A stretch of DNA of 64,000 bases from an uncultured Candidatus Rokubacteria bacterium (GTDB lineage: Bacteria; Methylomirabilota; Methylomirabilia; Rokubacteriales; DASRDR01), in NCBI GenBank assembly GCA_963805625.1, contig CAWDVE010000017.1, forward strand, positions 544,001-608,000, in the 5' to 3' direction. Below the pieces are notes generated by a model, which worked only from the letters and a program-made list of their open reading frames with translations, had not been told where the DNA came from and ran no database searches. Of the stretch, positions 9,622 to 21,612 are shown piece after piece. The first letter of the stretch is position 1; the number at the start of each line of letters is the position of its first letter. Both the position numbers and the translations under genes were made by a program.

Positions 9622-10272
9622 CTACCTCTCGATGTAGAGGCTCGGAAATTTCTTCCGCAGGCTGTCGATCTTCGGCCAGTCGTGGAACACGATGTACGGG
9701 TCATCGGGATGCCGATTCAGGTAGTCTTGGTGATACGCCTCGGCCGGGTAGAATCCGGCGAGCGGGACGACCTGCGTCACGATCGCCCGCGGAAACGCCC
9801 TCGCCGCGGTGAGCTGGTCGATGTGCGCCTGCGCGCTCGACTTCTGCGTCGCGGTCGCGTAGAAGATCGCCGACCGGTACTGGAGCCCCACGTCGGGACC
9901 CTGCCGGTTGAGCTGCGTCGGGTCGTGGGCAACGGTGAAGAACACTTGCAGGAGCTCCGCATACGAGATCCGCGCCGGATCGAAGGTGACCTCCACCGAC
10001 TCGGCGTGCCCCGTGGTGCCGCGGCTCACGGCCTCGTACTGGGCCGAGCCGGCCGAGCCCCCTGCGTATCCGGACACAGTCCGCGTGACGCCCTTGACTC
10101 GCTGGAAGACCGCCTGGACGCCCCAAAAGCACCCGCCCGCGAACACGGCCGTCTCCTCGGGCGGTCCTCCCGCGGCCAGATTCGGCCTCCCCACCGTCGC
10201 GCCCGCCTCCAGGCTTGCGAGCGTCACCACGATGGCAAGCCAGCCGCGACAACGATGGAACCCTTGGATCAT
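9622..10272 (-). CDS. msrA: Peptide methionine sulfoxide reductase MsrA, probably exported
   Basis: GGCFWG active site, GHAESVEV, HDPTQLNRQGPDVG, AEAYHQDY; hydrophobic N-terminus; GGAGG RBS. Confidence 0.93.
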   Translation of the reverse strand: MIQGFHRCRGWLAIVVTLASLEAGATVGRPNLAAGGPPEETAVFAGGCFWGVQAVFQRVKGVTRTVSGYAGGSAGSAQYEAVSRGTTGHAESVEVTFDPARISYAELLQVFFTVAHDPTQLNRQGPDVGLQYRSAIFYATATQKSSAQAHIDQLTAARAFPRAIVTQVVPLAGFYPAEAYHQDYLNRHPDDPYIVFHDWPKIDSLRKKFPSLYIER

Positions 10273-10508
10273 CACGACCTCCGTCGACCGGCCGCCTCCT
10301 TGGTGGCGTCGGTCCTCGTGAGTTGGGCTGTGGTTCACAGTGCGCCGCGCGGAACCGGCCACGTGTCACAACCGAGTGAAATCGTTGGATTCGCCGCTTC
10401 GAGCCGTGGGTTCCCCGGGCCGCTCGCGCGCCCTCTCGGGGAGGGGAAGGCCGTCGGGCTGTCCATCAGCCCGGCCTCCGTCTAACCTCAGCGAACGGGG
10501 CAATCGTC

Positions 10509-10697
10509 TGCTATAGTACGTGTGCGGGTCGATGGGGTCATGTGATCTCCACCGGCTCCGCAGGGTGCTCTGCCGGACTTCCCCTCTCTGAGAGACTGGC
10601 CTCGCCTCCGTCGGTTCATCCGCATCTTCGGGGCGCGTATCCCAAGCGGATGAGTTGAATGACCCCCGATGCGGTCGGGGGAAGAAGGAGGCGCCCC
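10509..10697 (+). promoter_or_regulatory. Extended -10 promoter and long structured leader of the RRM gene
   Basis: TG-C-TATAGT at 10509-10517; stems 10616-10623/10646-10653, 10663-10669/10675-10681 and competing 10534-10541/10659-10666. Confidence 0.55.
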
Positions 10698-10985
10698 ATG
10701 GCGTCCAAGCTATATGTCGGCGGAATGTCCTACTCGACCACCTCCGAGAGCCTGCGGCAGCTGTTCGCCCAGTACGGGACGGTCGAGTCGGCCACGGTGA
10801 TCACGGACCGGATCTCGGGCGACTCGCGCGGGTTCGGGTTCGTGGAGATGGCCACCGAGGCCGAGGCGCAGGCGGCCATCCAGAAGCTGAACGACCAGTC
10901 GTTCGAGGGTCGGAAGCTGATGGTCAACGTCGCGAAGTCGCCGGGCTCGGGCGGCGGCGGCCCGCGCAAGACGTCCCGCTGGTAG
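10698..10985 (+). CDS. RRM (RNP-1) RNA-binding protein
   Basis: KLYVGGM (RNP2), SRGFGFVEM (RNP1), Gly-rich tail; AAGGAGG RBS. Confidence 0.95.
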   Translation: MASKLYVGGMSYSTTSESLRQLFAQYGTVESATVITDRISGDSRGFGFVEMATEAEAQAAIQKLNDQSFEGRKLMVNVAKSPGSGGGGPRKTSRW

Positions 10986-11009
10986 TCGCGACCGGCTACG
11001 TCGTCAGAG

Positions 11010-11046
11010 CGGCGCAGGAGCCGAGGCTCCTGCGCCGTTTCTCTTT
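11010..11046 (+). terminator. Intrinsic terminator after the RRM gene
   Basis: CGGCGCAGGAGC-CGAG-GCTCCTGCGCCG hairpin followed by TTTCTCTTT. Confidence 0.75.
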
Positions 11047-11118
11047 CTGGCGGCGGGTCTCCGCGCCGCTTGCTGACGGGCCCCGGTGTCTGGCTCCATG
11101 GCGGGGCGCCGATGCTGA

Positions 11119-12285
11119 TCACGTCACGACGCGGGCGGACTCCAGCGCCTGCCGGATGCGAGCCCCGAGCATGGTGAGCCGTTCGACTGGCTCGTTGCTG
11201 AAGACGAATCGGACGTGGCGAGCCGCGACATCGCCGCCCCAGCCAGGCATGGGCGTGGCCGCGACCTTCTGCTCGAGCAACCGGCGAGACACCTCCGCGG
11301 GGTCGAGACCGAGCGTCGCCACATCGAGGAGCAAGGACCATGCGCCCGCCGGCCGGCAGGCCGGCAGGCCCGCGAGCTGGCGGAGCGTCTCGTCGCGGCG
11401 CCGCTGCCACTCGGCGTTGGCGGCCGCCAGATCCTCGGGCGGCTCGGCGAGTGCCACGCGGGTTCCGACCTGAGCGAATCCGCTGCTGACGAGCCCATTG
11501 TAGATCTGGACGCGAGAGACGTCGTTCACCAGTGCGCCCGGTGCCACGACCCAGCCCACGCGCCAGGCGATCATCCGCTGCTCGAACGAGGGCGCACCCA
11601 CGGTCACGGTCCGATCGCGCATGCCCGGCAGTGCCGCCGGGTGACGGACAGGTCGGCCGTCGAAGAGGACGCCCTCGAAGCCTCCCCAGTAGAGGAGCCA
11701 GAGATCCCGTTCACGGCAGAGCGCCGCGATGGCCGCCCATTCCTCGTCGCTCGCGACCCAGCCCGTCGGGAAGGAGGCGTTGTTGACGAATACCACGCGC
11801 GTGCGGCGGCCCGCAGCGGCCCGCAGGGCGTCCAAATCGAGGCGCCACTCGCCGCCGCTGACGCGAAGTGGCACCAGGCGCGGCGCGGCTCCGACCAGCC
11901 GGACACGGTTGAGCATGCCGGCATAGGTGGGGTCGGTAAGGATGACCTCGTCGCCCGGATCGGTGAGGCAGAAGAGCGCGTCGAGGATCGCCTCACCCTC
12001 GCCGCAGGTGATGACGATCTCGCGCCGGCCGTCGTAGCGAGGCCCGCCGCGCCCCTCGATGTAGGCGGCCACGGCGTCCTTGAGATCGTCGCGTCCGGTG
12101 AAGGGGAGCCAGCTGTTCGCGTCGTCTTCGCCGAGGGCGAGGCGAGTCGCCGTGATGGCGCTCGCCGGCGGCGCGATGTCGGTGTCGAGATTCTCCATCC
12201 GCAGGACGTCCGGATCGTCTCCGGCCGCCGCCGCCACCCGATCGATGTTGAATCCCGGGATGTCACAAAGTCGCGAGACGCTCAT
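11119..12285 (-). CDS. Class I/II aminotransferase-fold protein with altered PLP-binding residues
   Basis: DPGDEVILTDPTY, FPTG, RMIAWRVGW, HVRFVFS; expected Lys position reads Phe (GAPSFEQRM). Confidence 0.85.
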   Translation of the reverse strand: MSVSRLCDIPGFNIDRVAAAAGDDPDVLRMENLDTDIAPPASAITATRLALGEDDANSWLPFTGRDDLKDAVAAYIEGRGGPRYDGRREIVITCGEGEAILDALFCLTDPGDEVILTDPTYAGMLNRVRLVGAAPRLVPLRVSGGEWRLDLDALRAAAGRRTRVVFVNNASFPTGWVASDEEWAAIAALCRERDLWLLYWGGFEGVLFDGRPVRHPAALPGMRDRTVTVGAPSFEQRMIAWRVGWVVAPGALVNDVSRVQIYNGLVSSGFAQVGTRVALAEPPEDLAAANAEWQRRRDETLRQLAGLPACRPAGAWSLLLDVATLGLDPAEVSRRLLEQKVAATPMPGWGGDVAARHVRFVFSNEPVERLTMLGARIRQALESARVVT

Positions 12286-12414
12286 GCGAGCACTCTCCTG
12301 TCGCCCTGAGCCCGGGCCGCGCGGCGGATCCTGCAGGGGGCGACGGCCGCCGTTGCGCCCGTCGGCTGTGTCCGGCGCCGGGTCGTCGCGGGCGCCGACC
12401 GGTGCGGGGCTCGG

Positions 12415-14616
12415 TCACGGCGCTGCGAAGCGGCGAAGGACGTTGTCGAGAACGCGGGAGATGTTGTTCCGGTAGCCGTTGTGCGAGAGGCTCCCGCAGA
12501 AGGTGATCGAGCCGACCGAGAAGACGGCCCCGCCGCGCGGCGTCTCGAAGTAGACCATGTCAGCCCGGATCAGCTTGTCGGGCGGGTCGCCGGGCCAGGT
12601 CGCCACGTGGGTTAGCCAGTCCTCGGGGACGAGGACGAACTTCGTGAGGTCGTGCTTCTCCGAGGAGGCCAGGACCACCGCGTGGGGCGGCGTCCCGAGC
12701 CGCGCGTCGGCCCGGTCGAGCTCGAAGCCCGCCGCGCCGCCGCCGGAGAGCCCGAAGTCACCGAGGATCTCGTCCGGCACACCGTCGAAGATCCAGGAGA
12801 CCCGAGGGTCCCGTGATGCGGGGAGGCGGCGGTAGTACGAGCCCTCGAACGGTCCCTGGGAGGTGAACCCCACCCCGGCCAGCTTCTGGGGCGGCCGCCC
12901 GTTCCGCCGCCAGAGCCCCCCGTACTGGCCGTCCAGGCTCATGAAGTACTCTCCGGGCTCGGCGGCCCAGGCGCGGATGCCGCCCTCAGCGCGCCGCACC
13001 TCCAGCGCGCCCGGCACGGCCGAGTGGGCCGCGACGCGCCAGTAGAAGCCGTTCCCACCGAGGTACATCAGCCGGCCGCCCTGCTCGAGATAGGCCGTCA
13101 GCGCGTCCATGGTCTGAAGACTCTGGTACTCGGGATGGGTCGGCGTCAGGACGACCTTGTACGAGGCGAGCAGCTCGAGGCCCTCGGCGTGGAGATCCTC
13201 GTCGGTGACCACGTCATAGCGGTGGCCCATCTGCTCCAGCCAGTCGAGGAGGTAGAGATCGGCGGGGAGGTGACGGACCCCCGACCCGCGCGGGTCCACG
13301 TAGGCGAGGAAGCTCGAGCGAAGGTTCAGGATCGGCCGGAGGCGCGAGGAGTAAGCGATCCCGCTCCCGTCATGATGGTAGTTGTAGGTGGACAGCGCGT
13401 AGTCCTGGTGCTCGTCGCTCGTCCACGGACGCGCCCCCCAGGCCGCCACGCGCGCTCGGTACTCGTCGTTGGTGACGTCGCGCGCGATGTTCGCGTACAC
13501 GATGTACGTGAACGTCGGCATCAGCACGCAGACGTCCGCGGTCCGCCGCCCGCGCGGCGGGCGGACGAAGAACGGGATCATGTCCTCGACGTCGCCCGCC
13601 CTGAGCCGCACCGCGTACACGCCGCTCCGGAGCCCGTCCGGCACGGTATAGGTGAAGTCGGTGGCCCACCCGCAGTCGTAGAGATCGTCGTCGTGGAAAT
13701 GGATGGCGCCGTACTGGCCGGGCGCGTGGCGCCAGCACATCTCCTCGCCCGTCCAGGTCGAGCCCATCATGGCGCGAGCCGGGAGATTGACGACCTCTCC
13801 GTGGTGCCCGCTCGGCCCCACGTCCACCACGCGGGTGCTGGAGGTCTCGCGGCTGAAGTCCCAGGCCGCCACCAGGTGGCGGCGGAACGTCCCGTCCGGC
13901 GCGGAGGGAATGGCGGCTTCTGGGAGCGCGACGTCGTACACCGCGGGGCGCTCGACCTTGCCGTTGTAGTGGCCGCCCACGGGCGCGCCCCCCAGCGCGG
14001 CGACGAGCAGCGGGGTGCGGCTGTCGAGCGCCGGCGAGAAGGGCACGGTGACGGTCGCGTGGCCTGCGTCGTCCGCGCGCACGCGCGGCACCAGCGGCGC
14101 CTGGCCCACGGTGAGCGTCCGTGCGGCCGCGTCATAGGTCGCCCACACGCGATACCACGCCCTCGCCAGCAGAAGCTTACCGACATGGACCGTTGCGACA
14201 TCACTGCGCCCGTTCCCGACCAGCGCGCCGGCACCTCGGTCGTCCACGAAGAGGGCGAACCCGGTACCGGCCTTCGGATCATGGCGCGCCACGATGCCCT
14301 GGCGCGCGCGATCGGGCGTGGTCGGCCAGATCGTCGCAACCATCGTGAAGCTGGCGAGCCGCCCGAACGCCGGGGCGTCCGGCACGCGGACGTAGGAGCC
14401 GAGTGGCACCGGCTGGACGCGCGAAGGATAGCTCGCGGCGAACGGCGCGGAAAGGGGCTCCTCCTTGAGGCCGGGGCCCGCGGGGTTCGGGTCGCCGGAA
14501 ATGAGACGGACCAGACGCGCCTGATATGGCGTCGCAGCGGTGCTCGACACCTTGAAGGCGATTGTCTGGCCCGGCGCAACGGAAAAGCGGTCCGCGTAGC
14601 CGGTCAGGGGAAGCAT
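12415..14616 (-). CDS. N,N-dimethylformamidase large (beta) subunit-family protein
   Basis: MLPLTGYADRFSV, AIHFHDDD, PTFTYIVYAN, LSTYNYHHDGSG, THPEY, YLGGNGFYW, VFSVGSITFCGSL; GAGGAGG RBS. Confidence 0.88.
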   Translation of the reverse strand: MLPLTGYADRFSVAPGQTIAFKVSSTAATPYQARLVRLISGDPNPAGPGLKEEPLSAPFAASYPSRVQPVPLGSYVRVPDAPAFGRLASFTMVATIWPTTPDRARQGIVARHDPKAGTGFALFVDDRGAGALVGNGRSDVATVHVGKLLLARAWYRVWATYDAAARTLTVGQAPLVPRVRADDAGHATVTVPFSPALDSRTPLLVAALGGAPVGGHYNGKVERPAVYDVALPEAAIPSAPDGTFRRHLVAAWDFSRETSSTRVVDVGPSGHHGEVVNLPARAMMGSTWTGEEMCWRHAPGQYGAIHFHDDDLYDCGWATDFTYTVPDGLRSGVYAVRLRAGDVEDMIPFFVRPPRGRRTADVCVLMPTFTYIVYANIARDVTNDEYRARVAAWGARPWTSDEHQDYALSTYNYHHDGSGIAYSSRLRPILNLRSSFLAYVDPRGSGVRHLPADLYLLDWLEQMGHRYDVVTDEDLHAEGLELLASYKVVLTPTHPEYQSLQTMDALTAYLEQGGRLMYLGGNGFYWRVAAHSAVPGALEVRRAEGGIRAWAAEPGEYFMSLDGQYGGLWRRNGRPPQKLAGVGFTSQGPFEGSYYRRLPASRDPRVSWIFDGVPDEILGDFGLSGGGAAGFELDRADARLGTPPHAVVLASSEKHDLTKFVLVPEDWLTHVATWPGDPPDKLIRADMVYFETPRGGAVFSVGSITFCGSLSHNGYRNNISRVLDNVLRRFAAP

Positions 14617-14849
14617 GATCCTCCTCGGCGTCCGGGCCCGGCGGCGGGCCGGTCCGGGGATGAGGGCGCCACGGGCGCCCGGAGATCGTCGTCGCGGTGG
14701 CTGGAGTCTAGCGCGCGGCGGGTTGGGCCAGCAAGAACCGAGGCGTGTCGTGCTCGCGGACCGCCGTCGCCTTGGCTCAGCCTTCCGGGATGTCGTAGAG
14801 CGTGAAGCGACCTCCGGGGACCCGAGCGAACAATGGGCCATAGCTCCAC

Positions 14850-15533
14850 CAGGACCGCCGCTCCGTAGACACGCCGCGAGGACCGTTCGCGCCGGGGACG
14901 GTAGTGGACGGCCGTGATGCCAGCGCCACGCGGCGCGGGCGGTCCAGCCCGTCGCGATCACGCCCGCCGCCTGCAGGCCGACCTGAACGTGGATCAGGGT
15001 TGCTCCGATGAGCGCTGGAACCGCAGCCCGCTTCCGTCCAGCCACCACGCCAGGGCGAGGAGACCCGGGGCCTTGGCCAGGGGAGCGGGTTCAACTCGGC
15101 GCGGACCAGCCAGTGATCGGCGAGGGCCGGGCCCGGGACCAGAACGCAGAGGGCTGCTGCGAGGTATCCGGCGGCCCGGTTCGCGTGTAACGCGCGACCG
15201 AGACGGTAGCCTGCCACCGCCAGGAGAGCGACCCTGGATAATCCAGAGCAGCAGTGCCGCGGTGGGTATGCCGAGCATGCGAGAGAGCGCCCCGAAAACG
15301 CCCAGATATGCGGCCCGGACTCCCTCGCCGCCGGCGTTCAGGAACCAGTCGCGGGCGAGAAACCCCGGATCGAGGACACGCTGCAGCTCGACGAGGTGAA
15401 CGAGCTGGTTCCCCCGGTCGAACAGATAGCAGGTGTCCGAGGTCCAAGTCCACGCGAGGATGGCTAGGAGAATGGCGGCGCCGATGGTGCGCTCGATCAC
15501 GCGATCTGCCGGCCCCGTTGGCGCGGCGCTCAT
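14850..15533 (-). pseudogene. Frameshifted and truncated polytopic membrane protein
   Basis: Hydrophobic segments continue across three frames (LDPGFLARDWFLN / AGYRLGRAL...AELNP / LIGATLIHVQVG); 3' end uncertain. Confidence 0.5.
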
Positions 15534-15787
15534 GGCGCCCCGACCGTGTATCACAGCCATTCAATCGGCCCCGCGTTTCAGGGTTCGTCGCGGACGACCC
15601 CGGGGAGCTCACTCTCGGGGCATTGGGCGGTCGTCAGGGGCGTCGCACGCTCCTGCCAGGAACGGTCGTCGCGGCGCCGATTTCCGTGTCGACCAGCCCT
15701 TTGATTGCCTTGGCGCGTGTCGTGTAACATATGATGTAAAATGGATAATCTGTCATTGACGTGATTCGGTGTGTCCGGACGATCCCG

Positions 15788-15804
15788 TGGCAATTCCTTT
15801 GCAT
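15788..15804 (+). promoter_or_regulatory. Sigma54 (-24/-12) promoter
   Basis: TGGCAATTCCTTTGCAT, GG-N10-GC spacing; AT-rich tract at 15725-15760 upstream. Confidence 0.75.
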
Positions 15805-15852
15805 CCTCATCCAGGCACCATGGATGGAGGAGTGCGCCCAGGGTTTCGACAC

Positions 15853-18083
15853 ATGGCGGCGCTCGTGCCGATGCTCCTGGGAGCCTGTCTGTTCACGGCT
15901 CCGTCGCCCCCAACCTGGTCCGCCCCAGCTGAACGGGTCGACTTTCGGCGAGACGTTCAGCCCATCCTCCAGGCGTCCTGCACCAAGTGCCACGGTTCGA
16001 CTCGCCAGCGGGGCCAGCTCCGGTTGGACTCGCGGACATTCGCTTTCCACGGCGGCGTCACGGGGCCGGTGATCATCCCTGGCGACAACGCGCGGAGTCG
16101 TCTCGCCCAGCTCATCGCCCATCCCGACGCGGCGGAACGGATGCCCCAACCTTCCACCGTGCCCGCCCTGTCCGCGGAGAAGGTGCAGCTCATCCGACGC
16201 TGGATCGACCAGGGTGCAGTCTGGCCCGAGATCGCGGGCGAGGCCAGGTACGAGCCGCACTGGGCCTACCGCGAGCCGGTCCGCCCGAGCCCGCCGCCCG
16301 TGAGGAATGCCGGCTGGGTGCGCAATCCGATCGACGCGTTCGTGCTCGCGCGGCTCGAGCAGGAGGGGCTCGCGCCATCGCCGGAGGCAGCGCGGGTGAC
16401 CCTGATCCGACGCGTAACCCTTGACCTCACGGGACTGCCGCCGACCCCGGGTGAGGTGGATGCCTTCCTCGCGGATACTCGCCCTAACGCCTACGAGAAG
16501 GTTGTGGACCAGCTCCTCGCGTCGCCCCACTACGGCGAGCGCTGGGCACGCTCCTGGCTCGATCTCGTGCGCTACGCGGACACCGACGGCGGGAGCTGGG
16601 ACCGGCCGCGATCGATGTGGCCGTACCGCGACTGGGTCATTCGCGCGTTCAACCAGGACATGCCCTTCACGCGGTTCACGATCCAGCAGATCGCCGGCGA
16701 CCTCCTGCCGGGCGCCACGTCCGATCAGTTCGTGGCCGCGGGCATGCACGCCAACGCCACCCTGAACCAGGAGGCCGGCGTCGATGCCGACGAGGTTCGC
16801 TGGGAAGCGCTGACCGACCGCGTGGACACCACCGCGACGGTGTGGCTGGGATCGACGCTCGCGTGCGCGCGTTGCCACAACCACAAGTACGACCCGTTCA
16901 CACAGAAGGACTACTACCGGTTCCTGGCCTTCTTCAACCACGCGGACGTGTTCGAGTACGCGCTCCCTCACCTGCCCGATCCGGCGCGCGCGGGCAAGCC
17001 TGCTCTCACCTCCGTGGTCATCGAGCACCCGACGGGGATGCCGGCCGCCCACGTGCGAGTCCGCGGGATCTTCACTCAGAAGGGCGAGCAGGTCTCGGCC
17101 GGCACGCCGCGCGTTCTTCACCCGATGCGCCGCGGATGGCCCGTGAATCGACTTGGGCTCGCCTACTGGCTTGCCGACGACGCCAACCCCCTGACCGCCC
17201 GCGTCGTGGTCAACCGGTTCTGGGGGGAGATGTTCGGCCGGGCCCTGGCGGAAACGGCGGAGGATCTCGGCACCCAGGGTCGGCGCCCGTCCCATCCGGA
17301 GCTCCTCGACTGGCTGGCGACGGAGTTCGTGCGCGGGGGCTGGAGCATGAAGGGGATCCAGCGCACGATGGTGACCTCGGCCACGTACCGCCAGTCCTCC
17401 CGCGCGACGCCAGTGCTGCTGGAGCGGGATCCGGAAAACGTTCTCCTCGCGCGCGGCCCGCGATTCCGCCTTCCAGCTGAGACGATCCGGGACGTCGCGC
17501 TCGCGGCCAGCGGGCTGCTCAACCCCAAAGTTGGCGGGCCGAGCGTCTTTCCGCCGCTGCCGGACGAGCACGTCTTTACGCCCAACAACAAGAGCCAAGC
17601 GGCCTGGACAGCAAGCGTGGGCGAGGATGCGCGTCGGCGCGGGCTCTACACGTTCTGGCGACGGACGGCGCCTTATCCGGCTTTTGCGACGTTCGACGCG
17701 CCGAGTCGCGAGGTGACGACGGTTCGGCGCCCTCGCACGAACACGCCGCTCCAGGCGCTGAGCGGCCTGAACGACCCCGCGTTCGTCGACGCGGCCCGGG
17801 GGCTCGCGCGCCGAATCGCGCGAGAGCCGTCAGGTGATCCCGCGGCTCGCGCGATCCACGCCTTCCGCTTGTGCGTGGCGCGGCCCCCGGAGCCGGAGGA
17901 GCTTCAGCTGCTGCTGGCCGAGTTCCATCGGGAGCGCGACCACTTTGGGACCGAGCCGCGAGCGGCACGGCAAGTCGTCGGAGACGAAAGTCCGCGTGTC
18001 GCCGAGACCGAGCTCCGTGATCTGGCGGCCTGGACAGTCGTGGCGGGGGCCCTACTGAACCTCGACGAGACGCTGACCAAGGA

Positions 18084-18087
<4 letters not shown>
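15853..18087 (+). CDS. Planctomycete-type cytochrome c / DUF1549 / DUF1553 (PSCyt-PSD1) protein
   Basis: Signal peptide, [61 protein letters not shown]; start uncertain. Confidence 0.9.
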
Positions 18088-19538
<1,451 letters not shown>

Positions 19539-19602
19539 GAGGACTGCCGCGTCCTCAATTCGCCCGCCGACGCGAGCCTCGCCAGCAGGATCGGGGCCCT
19601 GA

Positions 19603-19905
19603 TCAGACCGGGCGTTCGCGGATCTCGCCGATCTTCCGGTCGCGGTCGCGGGTGAACCGGTCGCGATCGCGCGCCAGCTCCTCGTTGAGCTTCTGGACCT
19701 CCTCGTGGCTCTTCGCCTGGCGCAGGGCGCCGCGGTGCAGGATCTCCCGCTCCGCCACCTTGGCCTCGTAGACGCGCCGCGCTTCCGCGATCGCCGCCTT
19801 CTGCTCGCTGGTGAGCGGACGCTCAACGACGCCCCCCTCCTTGTCCTTCAGGCGGAGGCGCTCCATCGCGAGCTCGTACGCGCTCTTGGGTCCACTGTCC
19901 GTCAC
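19603..19905 (-). CDS. Small coiled-coil hypothetical protein
   Basis: GAGGT RBS + GTG; KSAYELAMERL...LTSEQKAAIAEARRVYEAKVAEREIL. Confidence 0.7.
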   Translation of the reverse strand: MTDSGPKSAYELAMERLRLKDKEGGVVERPLTSEQKAAIAEARRVYEAKVAEREILHRGALRQAKSHEEVQKLNEELARDRDRFTRDRDRKIGEIRERPV

Positions 19906-20019
19906 GGTCGCCACCTCACTTTCCCGAGCGTTCCGCGTAGTGTAGCGCGACGGCGGGGCCCGTGGGGAGCGCGACTGCAGGTGACGCGGGAGACGATCTA
20001 CGCTAGCATCCTCGCGACC

Positions 20020-20766
20020 ATGACCGGGATCGCGCCGGCTGTCCGGGCCGACCTCGCTCCGAGCGGGACGCTTCGCGCCGGCGTCAACTACGGGAATTTC
20101 ATCCTCGCCACGAAGGACCCGGCGACCGGGGAGTCCCGCGGAGTGGCGATCGACCTGACGCAGGAGCTCGGCCGGCGGCTGGGCGTGCCGGTCGCGATCG
20201 TCGCCTACGACAGCGTCGCCGTCATGGTGGACGCCGCGAAGACCGGCGCCTGGGACATCGCGTTCCTCGGGATCGATCCGGCCCGCGAGGGCGAGATCGG
20301 CTTCACCGCCGCCTACCTCGAGATCGAGGCCACCTATCTGGTGCCGGCCGGGTCGCCACTCGGGGCCGTGGAGGACGTCGACCGGGAGGGCGTGCGCGTG
20401 GCCGCGCCGGCGAGGGCCAACTACGAGCTCTACCTGGGCCGGCATCTCAAGCGCGCGGAGCTCGTGCGGGCCCCGAACGCCGAGGCGGCCTTCGGCTTGC
20501 TCGCGGCCGGTCAGGTGGACGTGCTCGCCGGTCTCCGGCAGGCGCTGATCGCGCTCCCCGAGCGGCTCCCCGGGGCGCGTGTGCTCGACGGGCGGTTCAT
20601 GGCGGTGCAGCAGGCCGTCGGCATGCCGCGGGGCCGCGACGCCGGCCTCGCGTACCTCCGCGGGGTCGTCGAGGACGCGAAGGCCTCCGGGTTGGTTGCG
20701 CGCGCGATCGAGAGGACGGGCGCGCGGGGCGTCTCGGTGGCTCCCCGAGCGGCCGGAACAGGATGA
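20020..20766 (+). CDS. Stand-alone substrate-binding-fold protein (SBP family 3-like)
   Basis: LAPSGTLRAGVNYGN, WDIAFLGIDPAR, FTAAYLEIEATYLV; no signal peptide evident. Confidence 0.85.
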   Translation: MTGIAPAVRADLAPSGTLRAGVNYGNFILATKDPATGESRGVAIDLTQELGRRLGVPVAIVAYDSVAVMVDAAKTGAWDIAFLGIDPAREGEIGFTAAYLEIEATYLVPAGSPLGAVEDVDREGVRVAAPARANYELYLGRHLKRAELVRAPNAEAAFGLLAAGQVDVLAGLRQALIALPERLPGARVLDGRFMAVQQAVGMPRGRDAGLAYLRGVVEDAKASGLVARAIERTGARGVSVAPRAAGTG

Positions 20767-21602
20767 TCCCCGATTTCCTCTACGGCACCGCCTGGAAGGA
20801 AGACCGGACGGCGGCGCTGACCGAGCTCGCGCTCCGGACCGGCTTCCGGGGCGTCGACACCGCGAACCAGCGGCGGCACTACTTCGAGGTTGGCGTCGGG
20901 GAGGGGCTCGCCGCGGCCTACCGCGCGGGGGTGGTGTCGCGGGCGGATCTCTTTCTCCAGACGAAATTCACGTACCAGCCGGGCCAGGACCACCGCCTGC
21001 CCTACGATCCGGTGGCCGATCTCTCGACGCAGGTCGCCCAGTCGCTCGCGAGCTCGCTCGAGCACCTCGGGACCGACTACGTCGACAGCTACGTGCTGCA
21101 CGGCCCCGCCTCCGGCCACGGCTGGACGCCCGACGACGCCGAGGTGTGGGCTCAGATGGCGCGGGAGCGGGACGCTGGGCGCACGCGGCTCCTCGGCGTC
21201 AGCAACGTCTCCCTGCGGCATCTCCAGGAGATGGCGGGCTCCGGCGCCGAAGCTCCCGCGTTCGTCCAGAATCGCTGCTTCGCCCGAACGGGCTGGGACC
21301 GCGAAGTGCGAGCGTTCTGCGCCAAGGCGAAAAGCGTGTATCAGGGCTTCTCGCTCCTGACCGCGAATCCCGAGGTGCTGCGCCACCCTGTGGTTGCCGG
21401 CATCGCCGCACGTGGCAAGGCCACGCCGGCCCAGGTGGTGTTCCGGTTCGCCCAAGCGGTCGGGATGCTCCCGCTGACGGGCACCACCGACGCCGCGCAC
21501 ATGACGCAGGCTCTGGAGAGCCGCGCCCTGACGCTCAGCCCCGACGAGGTGCTAGCCGTCGAGAGCCTCGCGGTGTCCCGCGGAGTCCGAGGAGGGCGTT
21601 GA
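20763..21602 (+). CDS. Aldo/keto reductase
   Basis: YGTAWK, VDTANQRRHY, LFLQTKF, YVLHGP, LGVSN. Confidence 0.88.
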   Translation: MIPDFLYGTAWKEDRTAALTELALRTGFRGVDTANQRRHYFEVGVGEGLAAAYRAGVVSRADLFLQTKFTYQPGQDHRLPYDPVADLSTQVAQSLASSLEHLGTDYVDSYVLHGPASGHGWTPDDAEVWAQMARERDAGRTRLLGVSNVSLRHLQEMAGSGAEAPAFVQNRCFARTGWDREVRAFCAKAKSVYQGFSLLTANPEVLRHPVVAGIAARGKATPAQVVFRFAQAVGMLPLTGTTDAAHMTQALESRALTLSPDEVLAVESLAVSRGVRGGR

Positions 21603-21612
21603 CGCTCGCCGA

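Noticed and set aside
14617-15048. N-terminal extension of the DMFase ORF to 877 aa
   Set aside because: A strong RBS precedes ATG 14616; the extension is read-through into the upstream pseudogene.
13024-17598. Long antisense ORFs (13024..14805, 15634..17598; likewise 29342..31420 and 31461..33182)
   Set aside because: Shadow frames of real genes, expected in high-GC DNA; no recognisable motifs.
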